This document shows positions 42,290 to 55,335 of a stretch of 64,000 nucleotides of DNA, piece by piece (positions within the stretch are counted from its first letter, which is position 1; every line of letters begins with the position of its first letter). Under the pieces are notes generated by a model. That model was not told the origin of the DNA and did no database searches. It saw only the letters and a list, made by a program, of their open reading frames with translations. Position numbers and translations under genes: made by a program. The stretch comes from Macrostomum lignano. Lineage: Eukaryota. The DNA is taken from positions 124,001 to 188,000 of the forward strand of contig NIVC01000022.1 in the NCBI GenBank assembly GCA_002269645.1, written 5' to 3'.

Positions 42290-43158
42290 TCCTTGAGCCA
42301 TGGCATCTCAGTGACTGTCCCTTGAGCCATGGCATCTCAGTGAGTGTCCCTTGAGCCATGGCATCTCAGTGACTGTCCCTTGAGCCATGGCATCTCAGTG
42401 ACTGTCCCTTGAGCCATGGCATCTCAGTGAGTGTCCCTTGAGCCATGGCATCTCAGTGAGTGTCCCTTGAGCCATGGCATCTCAATGACTGTCCCTTGAG
42501 CCATGGCATCTCAGTGAGTGTCTCTTGAGCCATGGCATCTCAGTGAGTGTCCCTTGAGCCATGGCATCTCAATGACTGTCCCTTGAGCCATGGCATCTCA
42601 GTGACTGTCCCTTGAGCCATGACATCTCAATGATGACTGCCCCTTGAGCCATGGCATCTCAATGACTGTCCCTTGAGCCATGGCATCTCAGTGACTGTCC
42701 CTTGAGCCATGGCATCTCAGTGACTGTCCCTTGAGCCATGGCATCTCAGTGAGTGTCCCTTGAGCCATGGCATCTCAGTTACTGTCCCTTGAGCCATGGC
42801 ATCTCAGTGACTGTCCCTTGAGCCATGGCATCTCAGTGACTGTCCCTTGAGCCATGGCATCTCAGTGACTGTCCTTTGAGCCATGGCATCTCAGTGACTG
42901 TCCCTTGAGCCATGACATCTCAATGATGACTGCCCCTTGAGCCATGGCATCTCAATGACTGTCCCTTGAGCCATGGCATCTCAGTGACTGTCCCTTGAGC
43001 CATGGCATCTCAGTGACTGTCCCTTGAGCCATGGCATCTCAGTGACTGTCCTTTGAGCCATGACATCTCAGTGACTGTCCCTTGAGCCATGACATCTCAA
43101 TGATGACTGCCCCTTGAGCCATGGCATCTCAATGACTGTCCCTTGAGCCATGGCATCT
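42290..43158. repeat. 29-bp minisatellite CCTTGAGCCATGGCATCTCAGTGACTGTC, ~30 copies
   Basis: Period 29 (42291, 42320). Confidence 0.95.
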
Positions 43159-43339
43159 CTTTATGCTTGGCATCTCAGCAATTTCCCTGTGATCGATGAA
43201 ATTTCAGCAACTCTCTCCATGAGCCATGGCCTAACTAACTCCAACGCTAACGCTAACCTGCAATACTGAAGCGCAATAGGGCTTTTTCAAATTTCAAAAT
43301 ATTCAAAAATGTTCGGTTTCCTGGGTTTCGCTGTAACGG

Positions 43340-44386
43340 AAGCCTCTATGGTCGCTGCGCTCCCCAGGAAGGGACACTCACCCGCCCCACCCCACTCCGC
43401 TATACAAGTTTAGGGGAATGGCATGGAATATGAAATGATGCGGCTGCTTTTCGATTTCTCGCTAGAGCAGTTTGTACGCAAAATTTTGTAACACCTCTCG
43501 TATCTCATAGCTTGCTAACTGGAAAAAGAATGTATACACAGCCGGAGCTTCTGGAAAATGGATCTCTGCAATTCAGCGAAAGTGGACAGCAGCAGAGTTG
43601 GAGAAGTTGCGCTGCGATCCATAGCACAACTACCGGATCTGCTCGCTGCATTTTTCGGAAAGGTTCTTTGTAACAAACTCTCAGGACTCCAACTCCATCC
43701 GTAAGCGCTCCATCCGTTCAGCAAAGAAGCTGAAAAATCGACGGTTGGTTCACTTCTGATGCCGTACCCAGCATCTTTCCAAACGCGCCATCCTACTTCA
43801 TCGAAAATGTTCCTGAGAAGCGACCTTACCACAATGACATCTGCTCAGACTCGGCGAGAGAGTGCCATGCGTCGCTGCGAGGATGAGGCAGAAACATTTT
43901 GAGGTCAAAACTATCTGAGAAATGAGCTATAGCTCTGATGTATACTCGTAGTAGTAGACTTAGCTTTTTTTATAGAGTCATACAAAGTGCTATTTTTATA
44001 CAGCTTGCCCCAGCAATTTTCTGCTGTGTAGGTAAGTTAATTTCACTCTCTTTTGCTTAATTATCACCTAAGGGTGACCATTTCATTTTTTTCATATGTT
44101 TGCATGGCCTGAAGGATTGTAAAGTATTTTTCTTGCACTAACAAAACGGAAGTTTTTAGAATAATACAACTTAACCTTGGAGACCTAAAGTTCTGAATGT
44201 TTTGCGGTGAATAGTGCAAACCGCATCTTTCTATGTCTTTTAGTTAAAAAGTTATCAATCGTAGAAACGAAAAAACGTTGCATTTTCTTATTCATTCACT
44301 GCTTTCCAATTGGGTTTTCACCCCTAAACTTGTATGCTGTCTAAACTAGCGTCCCTTCCTGGGGAGCGCAGCGACCATAGAGGCTT
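43340..44386. mobile_element. ~1047-bp segment bounded by perfect 36-bp terminal inverted repeats (non-autonomous DNA transposon/MITE-like)
   Basis: AAGCCTCTATGGTCGCTGCGCTCCCCAGGAAGGGAC (43340-43375) is the exact reverse complement of 44351-44386. No TSD identified. Confidence 0.65.
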
Positions 44387-44569
44387 TGAAACCAATGAAA
44401 CCAATAACTTTGAATAAATAGCGTCTTTTTGGTTATTGAAGAAGATTATTCTCGCAGAAATGTTACTGTGGACAGCGTATATTTGTAAGTACAAAAATAT
44501 TCAGCGGGACAAATTTGATATGCAATTTAGACATTCCAGTTTTGGAACATCATTTAAAGTTTCTCTATT

Positions 44570-45160
44570 TAGCCACTGGCAGTGCAATTTAACCACCGGC
44601 AGTGAAATTTAGCCTCCAGCAGTGCAATTTAGCCTCCGGCAGTGCAATTTAGCCACTGGCAGTGCAATTTAGCCACTGGCAGTGCAATTTAACCACCGGC
44701 AGTGCAATTTAGCCACCGGCAGTGCAATTTAGCCACCGGCAGTGCAATTTAGCCACCGGCAGTGCAATATAGCCACCGGCAGTGCAATATAGCCACCGGC
44801 AGTGCAATATAGCCACCGGCAGTGCAATATAGCCACCGGCAGTGCAATTTAGCCACCGGCAGTGCAATTTAGCCACCGGCAGTGCAATTTAGCCACCGGC
44901 AGTGCAATTTAGCCACCGGCAGTGCAATTTAGCCACCGGCAGTGCAATTTAGCCATCGGCAGTGCAATATAGCCACCGGCAGTGCAATATAGCCACCGGC
45001 AGTGCAATTTAGCCACCGGCAGTGCAATATAGCCACCGGCAGTGCAATTTAGCCTCCGGCAGTGCAATTTAGCCACCGGCAGTGCAATTTAGCCTCCGGC
45101 AGTGCAATTTAGCCAGCGGCAGTGCAATTTAGCCAGCGGCAGTGCAATTTAGCCAGCGGC
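44570..45160. repeat. 20-bp minisatellite AGCCACCGGCAGTGCAATTT, ~29 copies
   Basis: Direct reading. Confidence 0.95.
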
Positions 45161-45271
45161 TTCAGGGTTGTTACGAGTATAAGCTTTAGAAAATATAGGC
45201 TTCAAAAAGTGTCTCTATAGTTTTCAGTGGGTTTCATTACAGAATTTGCCCGCCAGTCGCACCAGTCCGAA

Positions 45272-46210
45272 TCAGCTGCTGGCCGCGCCGCCATCGCCGG
45301 CGTCGCCTCTTTCGTAGAGAAAGTCGCCCGGCTCGAAGCCGCCGTAGGCCAGCTCGGCCGCCGTGGGCTGCCGGCGCCGCCACATGCGCTCGCGGAAGCG
45401 GTCTCTGGGCGGCTTCACCAGGCTCAGGATGTCCCGGCCGCGCTCCCGGTACCGCGGCAGCGGCCCGAAGTACGAATAGAAAGGCGAATTGGTGGCGGCC
45501 GACGATACGAAAGCCGCGTCGGTGGTGGCGGCGACCAGTTTGTCGACTTCCAGATCGTCGTGCGCGTCTCCGACAGTGCGGCGTCGGCGTTTCTGCCTGA
45601 GCCGCAGGATCCGCGTGAACTGGCCGGATTTGCGCGCGGACATGGCGGCCAGGTGGCTGCGGCGGTACTTGGCCGGGTCGTCCGCGGCCACCGGCTGGAG
45701 CTGCGGCACCGGCGCGCCGTCGGTTTTCTCCGTTGTCGTCTGCGGCGTCATCGGCGGCGGCGGGGTCGGCGGCGGCGGTAGCGGCGAGGACAGCTGGCGC
45801 TGAACCGGCACCGCGGCCCCGGTTGGAACCGGCCTGGCGGTGGTCTCGGGTTCGATTCTTGTCAGCGAACGCCGCGGCGGCGGCTGCTCTCGCGGCGCCG
45901 GCTTTAGCGGCCTTGTGGAGATCGATGCCACCACGGCGATGGAGGTGACGCGGAGCGAGCGCTGCAGGCGGAAGGCCAGGCTGTCCGCGATGGGCAACTT
46001 CGTCGGCTGTAGAGTTGCCGCCGCCCGGGATGGCTGCTGCCCGGCTGGTTGGCTGGTCGACGGCATCCTCCGCCTCTGCGGGAACTGCTGGTAGGTGCGG
46101 CAGTCGATGCAGTTGATCTGCCTGGTGTGACGGCAGTTCTGAAAGTCGTCGCCGCCGCCGCTTCTGGAAGCAGAAGTGCCGACTCGCTGCTGCTGCTGCG
46201 GCAGAGACAT
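45272..46210 (-). CDS. Hypothetical 312-aa, mostly disordered Pro/Arg-rich protein, single exon
   Basis: Non-repetitive, GC-rich ORF with the codon style of neighbouring exons. CRHTRQINCIDC near the N-terminus, a basic RLRQKRRRR stretch, and a more ordered C-terminal part (SPFYSYFGPLPRY..AELAYGGFEPGDFLYE). No family recognised. Confidence 0.6.
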   Translation of the reverse strand: MSLPQQQQRVGTSASRSGGGDDFQNCRHTRQINCIDCRTYQQFPQRRRMPSTSQPAGQQPSRAAATLQPTKLPIADSLAFRLQRSLRVTSIAVVASISTRPLKPAPREQPPPRRSLTRIEPETTARPVPTGAAVPVQRQLSSPLPPPPTPPPPMTPQTTTEKTDGAPVPQLQPVAADDPAKYRRSHLAAMSARKSGQFTRILRLRQKRRRRTVGDAHDDLEVDKLVAATTDAAFVSSAATNSPFYSYFGPLPRYRERGRDILSLVKPPRDRFRERMWRRRQPTAAELAYGGFEPGDFLYERGDAGDGGAASS

Positions 46211-47240
46211 GAGCTCTCTGTTTCTGCGTCCCTTGTCAGTGCGACCGGCTCTCTAAGCCCGCTTTTGTTGGCGGGACAGCGGAAAGGCAATCAACAAACT
46301 ATATTGGGGTGTGTCGGTTGAGGGGGGGGGGGTTGTGAGGCCATTTGACGGCGATGGTTGAGAATTTCAATTTGGGGAATTTCCGCTGGGGTGACGCAAA
46401 TTGCTGGATTGATGGGAATGCGTATGGGGGAGAGGGGATGGGGCTTTGGGAGCTTTAGGACGATGCGGGCGGGCACGCGGGTGAGCTGCTGCATGCAGGG
46501 TGGAGACGAGGTCCGGGTACTGCTGCACAGGCTTAAAACGCGAGCCCAAGGGGAAACAATGACTATGAATGGGACTAATAAAAAACTTTATCAGACAGAA
46601 AGCATTTTTACAAGCTACAAATCGGACTGGTGCATCCCCTCCATTCATCTACATGTAGCCATCTCCCAGATCGGGCCGCCGGAGGCTTGCAGTCTTCATC
46701 CGCCCATAAAAACTGGAAAAAATTGCTGCATGCTTTTGAATGGAATTAAAATTTTCTGCTCAAACTGATTGTTGTAACAAAAATATTGTCTGGCTTTTGC
46801 ACAGCTTGTGTACCTCGGGGGATATTCTACATGTACACCCGCTTTTGGGTGATCAGAAATTCTAAAACCGTGACAGTCATTATTGACAGTGATTGGTGAC
46901 AGTAATTGGTGACAGTAATTGGTGACAGCGATTGGTGACAGTAATTGGTGACACTGATTGGTGACAGTGATTAGTGACAGTAATTATTGACGGTGATTGG
47001 TGACATGCAATTGGTGACAGTAATTGGTGACAGTGACTGATGACAGTGATTGATGACAGTGACTGGTGACAGCGATTGGTGACAGTAATTGGTGACACTG
47101 ATTGGTGACAGTGATTAGTGACAGTAATTATTGACGGTGATTGGTGACATGCAATTGGTGACAGTAATTGGTGACAGTGACTGGTGACAGTGATTGGTGA
47201 CAGTGACTGGTGACAGCGATTGGTGACAGTAATTGGTGAC

Positions 47241-47423
47241 TGTAGCGGCTTGCCAAAGGCTGTGCGAGCGAGTAAAGAAATTCCACTTGCCAGGCCTCAA
47301 GTTCGGCCTGGCTTCTCAATTCGAGCGTCTATTTGGGCCATAGATATAACAGTAAGAGAGGCATTTAGGCAAAGCTCTGCAGTCCGCATTATGTTAATAA
47401 GTTGGCGGCAGTGGATCGCCACA
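47241..47423. mobile_element. 183-bp TG..CA element (mini solo-LTR-like), copy 1
   Basis: Ends TGTAGCG...CGCCACA; flanked by a TGAC 4-bp TSD; internal GCCAGGCC/GGCCTGGC stem. Confidence 0.6.
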
Positions 47424-48599
47424 TGACAGTGATTGGTGACAGTAATGAGTGACAGTGATTGGTGACAGTGATTGGTGACAGTGATTGGTGACAGTAATTG
47501 GTGACAGTAATTGGTGACAGTGATTGGTGACAGTGATTGGTGACAGTAATTGGTGACAGTAATTGGTGACAGTGATTGGTGACAGTGATTGGTGACAGTG
47601 ATTGGTGACACTGATTGGTGACACTGATTAGTGACAGTAATTATTGACGGTGATTGGTGACAGTGGGTGATGACAGTGGGTCGTGACAGTAATTGGTGAC
47701 AGTGGCTGGTGACAGCGATTGGTGACAGTAATTGGTGACAGCGATTAGTGACAGCGATTGGTGACAGTAAATGGTGACAGTGATTGGTGACATGCAATTG
47801 GTAACAGTAATTGGTGACAGTAATTGGTGACTTGATTGGTGACAGTAATTGGTGACAGTGATTGGTGACAGTAATTGGTGACAGTGATTGGTGACATGCA
47901 ATTGGTGACAGTAATTAGTGACAGTGATTGGTGACAGTCATTGGTGACAGTCATTGGTGACAGTGGCTGGTGACAGCGATTGGTGACAGTAATTGGTGAC
48001 AGTGATTAGTGACAGTGATTGGTGACAGTGATTGGTGACATGCAATTGGTGACAGTAATTGGTGACAGTAATTGGTGACAGTGATTGGTGACCGTAATTG
48101 GTGACAGTGATTGGTGACAGTGATTGGTGACAGTAATTAGTGACGGTGATTGGTGACAGTGGGTGATGACAGTGGGTCGTGACAGTCATTGGTACCAGTG
48201 ATTGGTGACACTGATTGGTGACACTGATTAGTGACAGTGATTGGTGACACTGATTAGTGACAGTAATTATTGACGGTGATTGGTGACAGTGGGTGATGAC
48301 AGTGGGTCGTGACAGTCATTGGTAACAGTGATTGGTGACAGTGATTGGTGACAGTGATTGGTGACAGTGATTGGTGACAGTGATTGGTGACAGTGATTGG
48401 TGACAGTGATTGGTGACAGTGATTGGTGACAGTGATTGGTGACAGTAATTGGTGACAGTGATTGGTGACAGTGATTGGTGACAGTGATTGGTGACAGTGA
48501 TTGGTGACAGTGATTGGTGACAGTGATTGTCGACAGCGATTGGTGACAGTAATTGGTGACAGTGATTGGTGACAGTAATTGGTGACAGTGATTGGTGAC

Positions 48600-48782
48600 T
48601 GTAGCGGCTCGCCTAAGGCTGTGCGAGCGAGTAAAGAAAGTCCGCTTGCCAGGCCTCAAGTTCGGCCTGGCTTCTCAATTTGAGCGTCTATTTGGGCCAT
48701 AGATATAACAGTAAGAGAGGCATTTAGGCAAAGCTCTGCAGTCCGCATTATGTTAATAAGTTGGCGGCAGTGGATCGCCACA
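48600..48782. mobile_element. 183-bp TG..CA element, copy 2
   Basis: Same element 1359 bp downstream, with about 6 substitutions and the same TGAC flanks. Confidence 0.6.
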
Positions 48783-49282
48783 TGACAGTGATTGGTGACA
48801 GTAATGAGTGACAGTGATTGGTGACAGTGATTGGTGACAGTGATTGGTGACAGTAATTGGTGACAGTAATTGGTGACAGTGATTGGTGACAGCGATTGGT
48901 GACAGTGATTGGTGACAGTGATTGGTGACAGTGATTGGTGACAGTGATTGGTGACATCGAGGTTGTTGCTCCTCGATCAGGAAGCTCAAGTGTGTTTTTT
49001 TCCGTAAAGAGCAGCGTATTTGGTTTGCATGTTACGAGCTAAAATGGTTCAAGCTTGACTAGCCAATATTTTTTAAATAATACCAATATAAGCTCAAGTA
49101 CCGCATGTACTGCTAATGCCTCTAGTTCCGGTTTCAACTGCCTGTTGTATTTTTGATAATCGAGTCAATTGTGCCCCATAGCAAGTGCGCGAACTTTTTG
49201 CATGTAAAATGTGACTAATATCGATTGTTTACCTAATTTTTTATCAATACTAGCAAACTGCGACTTTGTACACACGCACTGA

Positions 49283-49532
<250 letters not shown>

Positions 49533-49809
49533 GTCTCCGCGTATGTCTAGCTTGAGCCTAGCAGAGTTTTATGAATTTCATATCTTGTTGCACGCTTTTC
49601 TGCAGTGCGTGTTAGTCTTTGAATGATCTGCTTCTCTACATTGGTTTGCGCCTAGCGCACTGATCTTTTTTGTTTGGTTGGCGAGAACCGTGTAGCGCAC
49701 AGGACAGTTTTTTATCTGAATTAAAATTCGTGCGCACTACTTCTCTTGTGAATCTCTAACCAGTAGTATCAACCAACTAACGCTAACTCTAGAGCAGTTA
49801 CGAATAGTT

Positions 49810-49982
49810 GTCCCGGTGCGGCATCCATGATGGTGAGTCCCGGCGCATCCATGATGGTGAGTCCCGGTGCGGCATCCATGATGGTGAGTCCCGGCGCATC
49901 CATGATGGTGAGTCCCGGCGCATCCATGATGGTGAGTCCCGGCGCATCCATGATGGTGAGTCCCGGTGCATTCATGATGGTG
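49810..49982. repeat. 24-bp repeat GGTGAGTCCCGGCGCATCCATGAT x~6-7 (27-bp variants)
   Basis: Direct reading. Confidence 0.9.
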
Positions 49983-50540
49983 ATTCTCGGTGCATTTGAT
50001 GAGGACGCACTTTTTTTCCAAATCCCGCGCTAGCACATGGGCTCTAAACTTACTAGCCTACTAACAGTGGGCTATGGGCATTTTATCCTTTTTCTGCGAA
50101 TTGTCATAGAATCTATACTAGATATAATGTTTGGTCATACTAGTAGTCATAATAACATAGGCGCAGCTTTTTGGGTCATAAATCATCGCTTTCAAAGCTG
50201 GTCTGACAGCCACCTGCGCCTCACTCAGTGTTGAGGCGGGCGCCAGATGGTCTGAGAGGATGCGGGCGGTAGCTTTTTTCTCATCATTTTAAAAGGCCAT
50301 CAAGATTTATGAGGTCAGAGCCTATTGTTCGTGTTCACTCAAGCGTGTGACAGCTTTGACAGCTATGCGTTTTACCCCTAAAAGTACTTTGGGATTAGCG
50401 ATTAGTGATTTCTCTTCATTATCTTCACTTTCTATTTAATAAGAGCTCTCTAATGTATATTTTTTCATTAATTTTTGTCAATTCTACGCGAAAAGTCATA
50501 AATGATTTTGTTGCGATTTTGATTGATTTATGGCCGCACC

Positions 50541-51800
50541 TGTCATGTTTTTACGACCCTGTGGGAACTGATAGGATCTCCCGGTCACGTGATTCTGAGT
50601 AGCAACCAGCTCAGCCAATCAGAATCGACGTGTTCCATTATAACAAACTGCGGTCCAGTTGGCGGCTATTTAAACCGGTGTTTTTGGCCCGCTTGGACCA
50701 ACTCCTCCTGGGACCTTAGCCTAGATTGAGACGTCCCGGAGCGTGACCGTCGTTTCTTGATCCCCGGATTGCGACCTCCCCCATCATCATCAAGGACGAG
50801 TCCCCCCGGTCATCAGCAGCGAACATCAAAGTGAAGAGCATCACCTGCTAGCTATCTGCGAAGACCGTGACATCAGCACCATCCCGGGTCTAAAGCTGCG
50901 AAGCACTAAGCCGATTCGGTCACTGTGGATTACCTGGTCTCCGGCTGTTGAGTTTCTGATTGGTTGGGTGAGAGGCTGCCTAGACTTGCTTGATTGGGTG
51001 ATTCCTTATCTGTCCCCTGCTTCAGTAGCTGGATTAGGCGCACACTTTTGCTCTTTTTGTTCAGTAGTGCTGTTGCTGAGGCAGAAGTCATTCAATAATA
51101 CTGCTAGTAGTCTAAAACTCCAATTCAATCTGAAGTGTGAAGTGATCTGAGGAGGAGGTTAAATCTGACAGTTATTTTTATCGGTTTGATTTCTTTGTTC
51201 GCCGATGGCTCAGATGAGTAGCTAAGCTAGTAGGCGCCGGTCTCGTGGCCTTTTAAGGCGCGGCCGGGGCGGGTGGTCGGGGCGGGTGGTTGTTTTGGTT
51301 TGTCGCACTCTACAACGCAGGCCCAGAGCGCCGATTACAGTGTCTTTAGACCGTCCTTCCCCTAACACACACGCAATAAACGTTGACCATCGGGTCCGCC
51401 AGCCGCGAGCAGACCTCAGATACAATTTATTGACCGCACACGAAGGGCGAGCTATCCGCGAAGTAAGTCACTGCCTTAGTCTCTTTCATTTCGGGAGCTG
51501 TAGCAGGGACAGTCCGTGTGTCCTGACGCCGACTCAGGGGGGACCAGGCCAGGTAGTCAGCTAGGGGCCACCCTGTACTGTAAGCCCGCTGTACATAGAC
51601 GCCAGCTTGTGCGCCCTGACGCCCTTGCTGAAGGTGATCGACATCACAGCGTCCCTACGCGTGTGCCGGCCACTTGGGTGCGTCCTGACGCCCCAGACCT
51701 AGGGTCCCGTGCGGACACTCGCGCCCCGACGCAGGCCAGCACGGGCCCGCGTACTCTGACCCTTGTAGGTGCACCCTTCCTGAGAGTCGCGAGTACAACA
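50541..51800 (+). mobile_element. Possible solo LTR / LTR-like segment
   Basis: Begins TGTCATG; GC-richer island with CTATTTAAA (~50667) and AATAAA (~51376); ends near GAGTACAACA. No TSD could be matched. Confidence 0.3.
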
Positions 51801-54799
51801 AACATATTTGATCAATTGTTTGCTTGCTTTGTTGCTAAGGCAACTGCTGATGATTATGAACCTCTTGGTGGAGGCTGGTAAAGTCATGATCCTGAGAAAC
51901 TTCCACGACCAAAAACCGCATACCATATACCTCCTGCTCGAAGTTCCCGAATACTGCCGGGTTAGCTGTTGATATAGTTAATTGATAGTTATAAGCTGTT
52001 GATAGCTTATCACCCACAACCCCCCGCGCACCAATTCCCACCTCCTTTCTACTGTTCGAAATCATACATGCATGTGACAGTTTATAACCCCTTACATGTA
52101 TCTCGCCAAGCCTTTTCCCTCGTGTTGCGTAATCCGGGCCAATCATATAAATCATTTTCTTCGCTGCGCCCTACTACTCCAATTTCTCGTCCAATCACAG
52201 CGCAGCTGGCGGGTGACGTCATCGAGGACACAGACCGTTCCGCATGTTTCAGACACTGTGTGCGATATACAGCAACGCAGTCACAACAAATCCCACACAA
52301 TATGCAAAATTTACATAGAAATAAGTCGTCAGCGAAAAGTACAGGGTTTTCTAAAATCGATCGCATACCTACCCACAAGCAAGCATAAAAACCTTAGAGA
52401 TTTAATATATTTAGAATTTCAATGCTTTTTTCTTTCAGAGAACAGTAGTATAGTGTACATGTATCTGTAATGTCCAAATCGTGTGTGGGAGGAATCATTA
52501 AAATGATCGCTTCATAACTTGTAAAATCTTTTTCGTCGATCTTGTCTAGTCTGATCGCACGCACGCAAAGAAAACTTAGTTATGAATTATTTGGAAAGCT
52601 ATGTTTAAATAAATATTACGGTTATTTGTTGGGATTCATCCTTGTTGTGTTAAAATGTGTAAAATTTTTACAGCGTACATTCAAAAAGTAAACAAAAGTT
52701 GTAGCCCACTTGACAGATCATCGTTTAAATTTGAAACGGAAATGATATTATTGACTTAAAATAATTAAGAAAAAACCAGTAAAAAACACGTGCAATCAAA
52801 GAAAATTTTAAATTACGTTTTGCTTAATATGTTTGCATTTGTGAACATTATTAAACTCTACTGTAACGTAAGGTTTAAATATAGTACTACACTGGAACTC
52901 AACTGGAAGTGTAATATCAATAATAATCTTTGCAATGTAGACCTACATTGATTTGATAGGGACTCCAGTGAGATTTAAAAAGTTATTTTTGTATCTTTTA
53001 TTCCATCCATTTGATAAATCTCATTCTTCTGGACCTGAGTAACAAGACACCATACTTTTAAAAATTGGTCAAGTAATAAAAAAATTACAAAACTTCTTGT
53101 ATCTTAAATTTTCAACATTTTGACTAGGCCTAATGCATTTTATAATGCATTAGACACTGATCACTTTTAGTTTTGGCTAGGCCTAAAAACTTAGTTTTTA
53201 CTTTTTACTTATATTTTTTAATCTTTCCAATAACTTTTATTTTACTAACTTTTCTTAACCAATTTCTATGCCCAATACTCAATAGGCCTATGTCATTGTT
53301 TAGCTTTTGCCTTTTTATCCTTGGCCTTATCTATCAAATTAATAAAACTAAATCTAATGTAGCATTATAGCCTAGGATGGAATTCTTGTATTTCTTAAGT
53401 CAAACAGAATTATGCGATTTTTTTATGGCATGCAAAATATTATTTATTGGTTGCATTTTTTTTGGTACTTAGCATGTTGCAAAATGGTAAAAGTAATCAA
53501 TAAGACAATAACAAAAAATGCATTCTAAGAAAATGTAATAGTGATTTGAATTTTCGTTTAAATATGTATGTTAGAGATTATATATATGTTATGAGTTTCT
53601 ACTTTTTATAGAATTTTTTCAAATTTTTACTTTTGTGATTTATTTGGTTTTTACTTTTTATTCCTTTTTTTCTTCGTGATCTTAGCTAGTAGGATTATCT
53701 TTTGCAAAATCCAATATCTCAAGCGCACTTTTGCATATATTAAGAATTAGCAAATTTGTCTAAAATTCTACGACGCATTTTTTCCAGATTTTTTGATGCA
53801 AAATCGCATTTTTTTTCGCAAAATCGCATAACGCATTGTGATTTTTCTGCAAGAATTCCATCCAGGATTATAGCCACAACTTAGGCCTAGCCAAACTCTG
53901 CAACAATGCTTAAATAAAAGTTAATCTTAGAGTTTAACCTAAAATGCATAAGAAGACTAGGTAGGCTTAGGCCCTACCTAGGCCTGGGCATAGGCATACA
54001 AAAAACTTTTTTTTACCATTTTTGCTATTACTAGACCTAGACATAGCATATTTAATTCCTTTCTCCTTTTGTAGGCCTAATAAACATAATTTAGCATTTT
54101 TAAGAGCCTAAAAGTTGTTTTCTAAGCCTAACTAAAAGGCAACAAAGCTAACTTTCTAAAAAAGTAAAAACAAAGAAAAAAATTGTCAAAAATCCAAGCA
54201 TAGGTTCTATGTACATGGCTATCTAATTCTAATATAGAAAATTAGAATATTTCTAATGGTTTAATTAATTTCTAATCTAATTAAACATTTAAAAAGATAT
54301 ATTTAATAATTTGTGTTTTTTAGAATTAGGAAAGAAAGTTATCAAGACCCTAGATTCCATTTAACTCCTATAATCTCATTGCAATTTGTACTTTGATATA
54401 CCTTATATTATCAACAATTGATTATCACTATCAATAGTGAAATTATGTTTATAAGTTATAAGTATAACATTATAGCCCATTCAAAATTCAAATACTTTCT
54501 GTTTTCTTACTTCTATAAAAAGTTCTAATTAAAATTCTAATTAGCGCTAGTATTTTAGTTTGAGACACAATTTTTTATTAAGGTTATAGCAGTCAAGTGT
54601 AAGCATTAGCTGTTTAGGTGCTCTAGCGCCCACCTGCTCATCATGCTGCATCTGTGCACCACCAACCCTGGAGATTAGGGGTGGGGGTGCCCACCTAGCC
54701 TAAGCTATATGGGGGTTGGGGTTGATTGACTAACTATTGCATTGGCCTATTTAACCTGATTATGTGCATACAATTGAGCACCATTTTCTGCCGAGGCGC

Positions 54800-55335
54800 T
54801 GGTGGGCAGGTAATAGAGCTTCCACACTGCCAGCAGTTTGTCTACCTTGGCGGTCTGGCATCTGACGTCCACGAAGATCTGCGGCAATGCGGCATCACCG
54901 CAGGCTCACTTGGGCTGTCTTTTGCTCTGTGAGGGCGGTCCTGCAGTCCGAGGCCCTACCTGACCACCAGAGGGCTGCGCTGTTCCAGGCGGTGGTCGAG
55001 ACTGTCGAGACTGGCACTACAATGCCGAGACCTGGACGCTGACGGATTCGCTCAAACAGCAAGTCAACGTGGAGCAAGCTGGCCTGCTGCGCGCCACCTT
55101 TGAGATCAGCGACAAGTGGATCACTAACGCGGCACTCTATCGCCGCGCCTGCCTGGCCCGTCCAAGTGAGCTGCTGCAACTTCGGCGACTCCAGCTGGCA
55201 GGCCACATCATCCGCGCCGAGTCCTACTGCCCATTACTACTGCCGAGTGCTGACGCAGACCGACACTGGTGCCCCGGACTCTGCTGGCAGTGCGGCCTTT
55301 GTTCGCGCCCAGGCTCTGAAGCGTGCCCTGTGACG
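54800..55335 (+). mobile_element. Decayed RTE-like non-LTR retrotransposon 3' fragment (RT C-terminus)
   Basis: LPHCQQFVYLGG..ALFQAVVET..NAETWTLTDSLKQQVNVEQAGLLRATF..TNAALYRRA..LRRLQLAGHIIRAESYCP, with frameshifts. Confidence 0.8.

Larger units (their letters stand above)
46870..48955. repeat. 13-bp satellite GTGACAGT(G/A)ATTG, interrupted by two copies of a 183-bp element
   Basis: Direct reading. Confidence 0.95.

Noticed and set aside
52450-54700. AT-rich region with recurring TAGGCCTA motifs
   Set aside because: No ORF, periodicity or termini that I could support.
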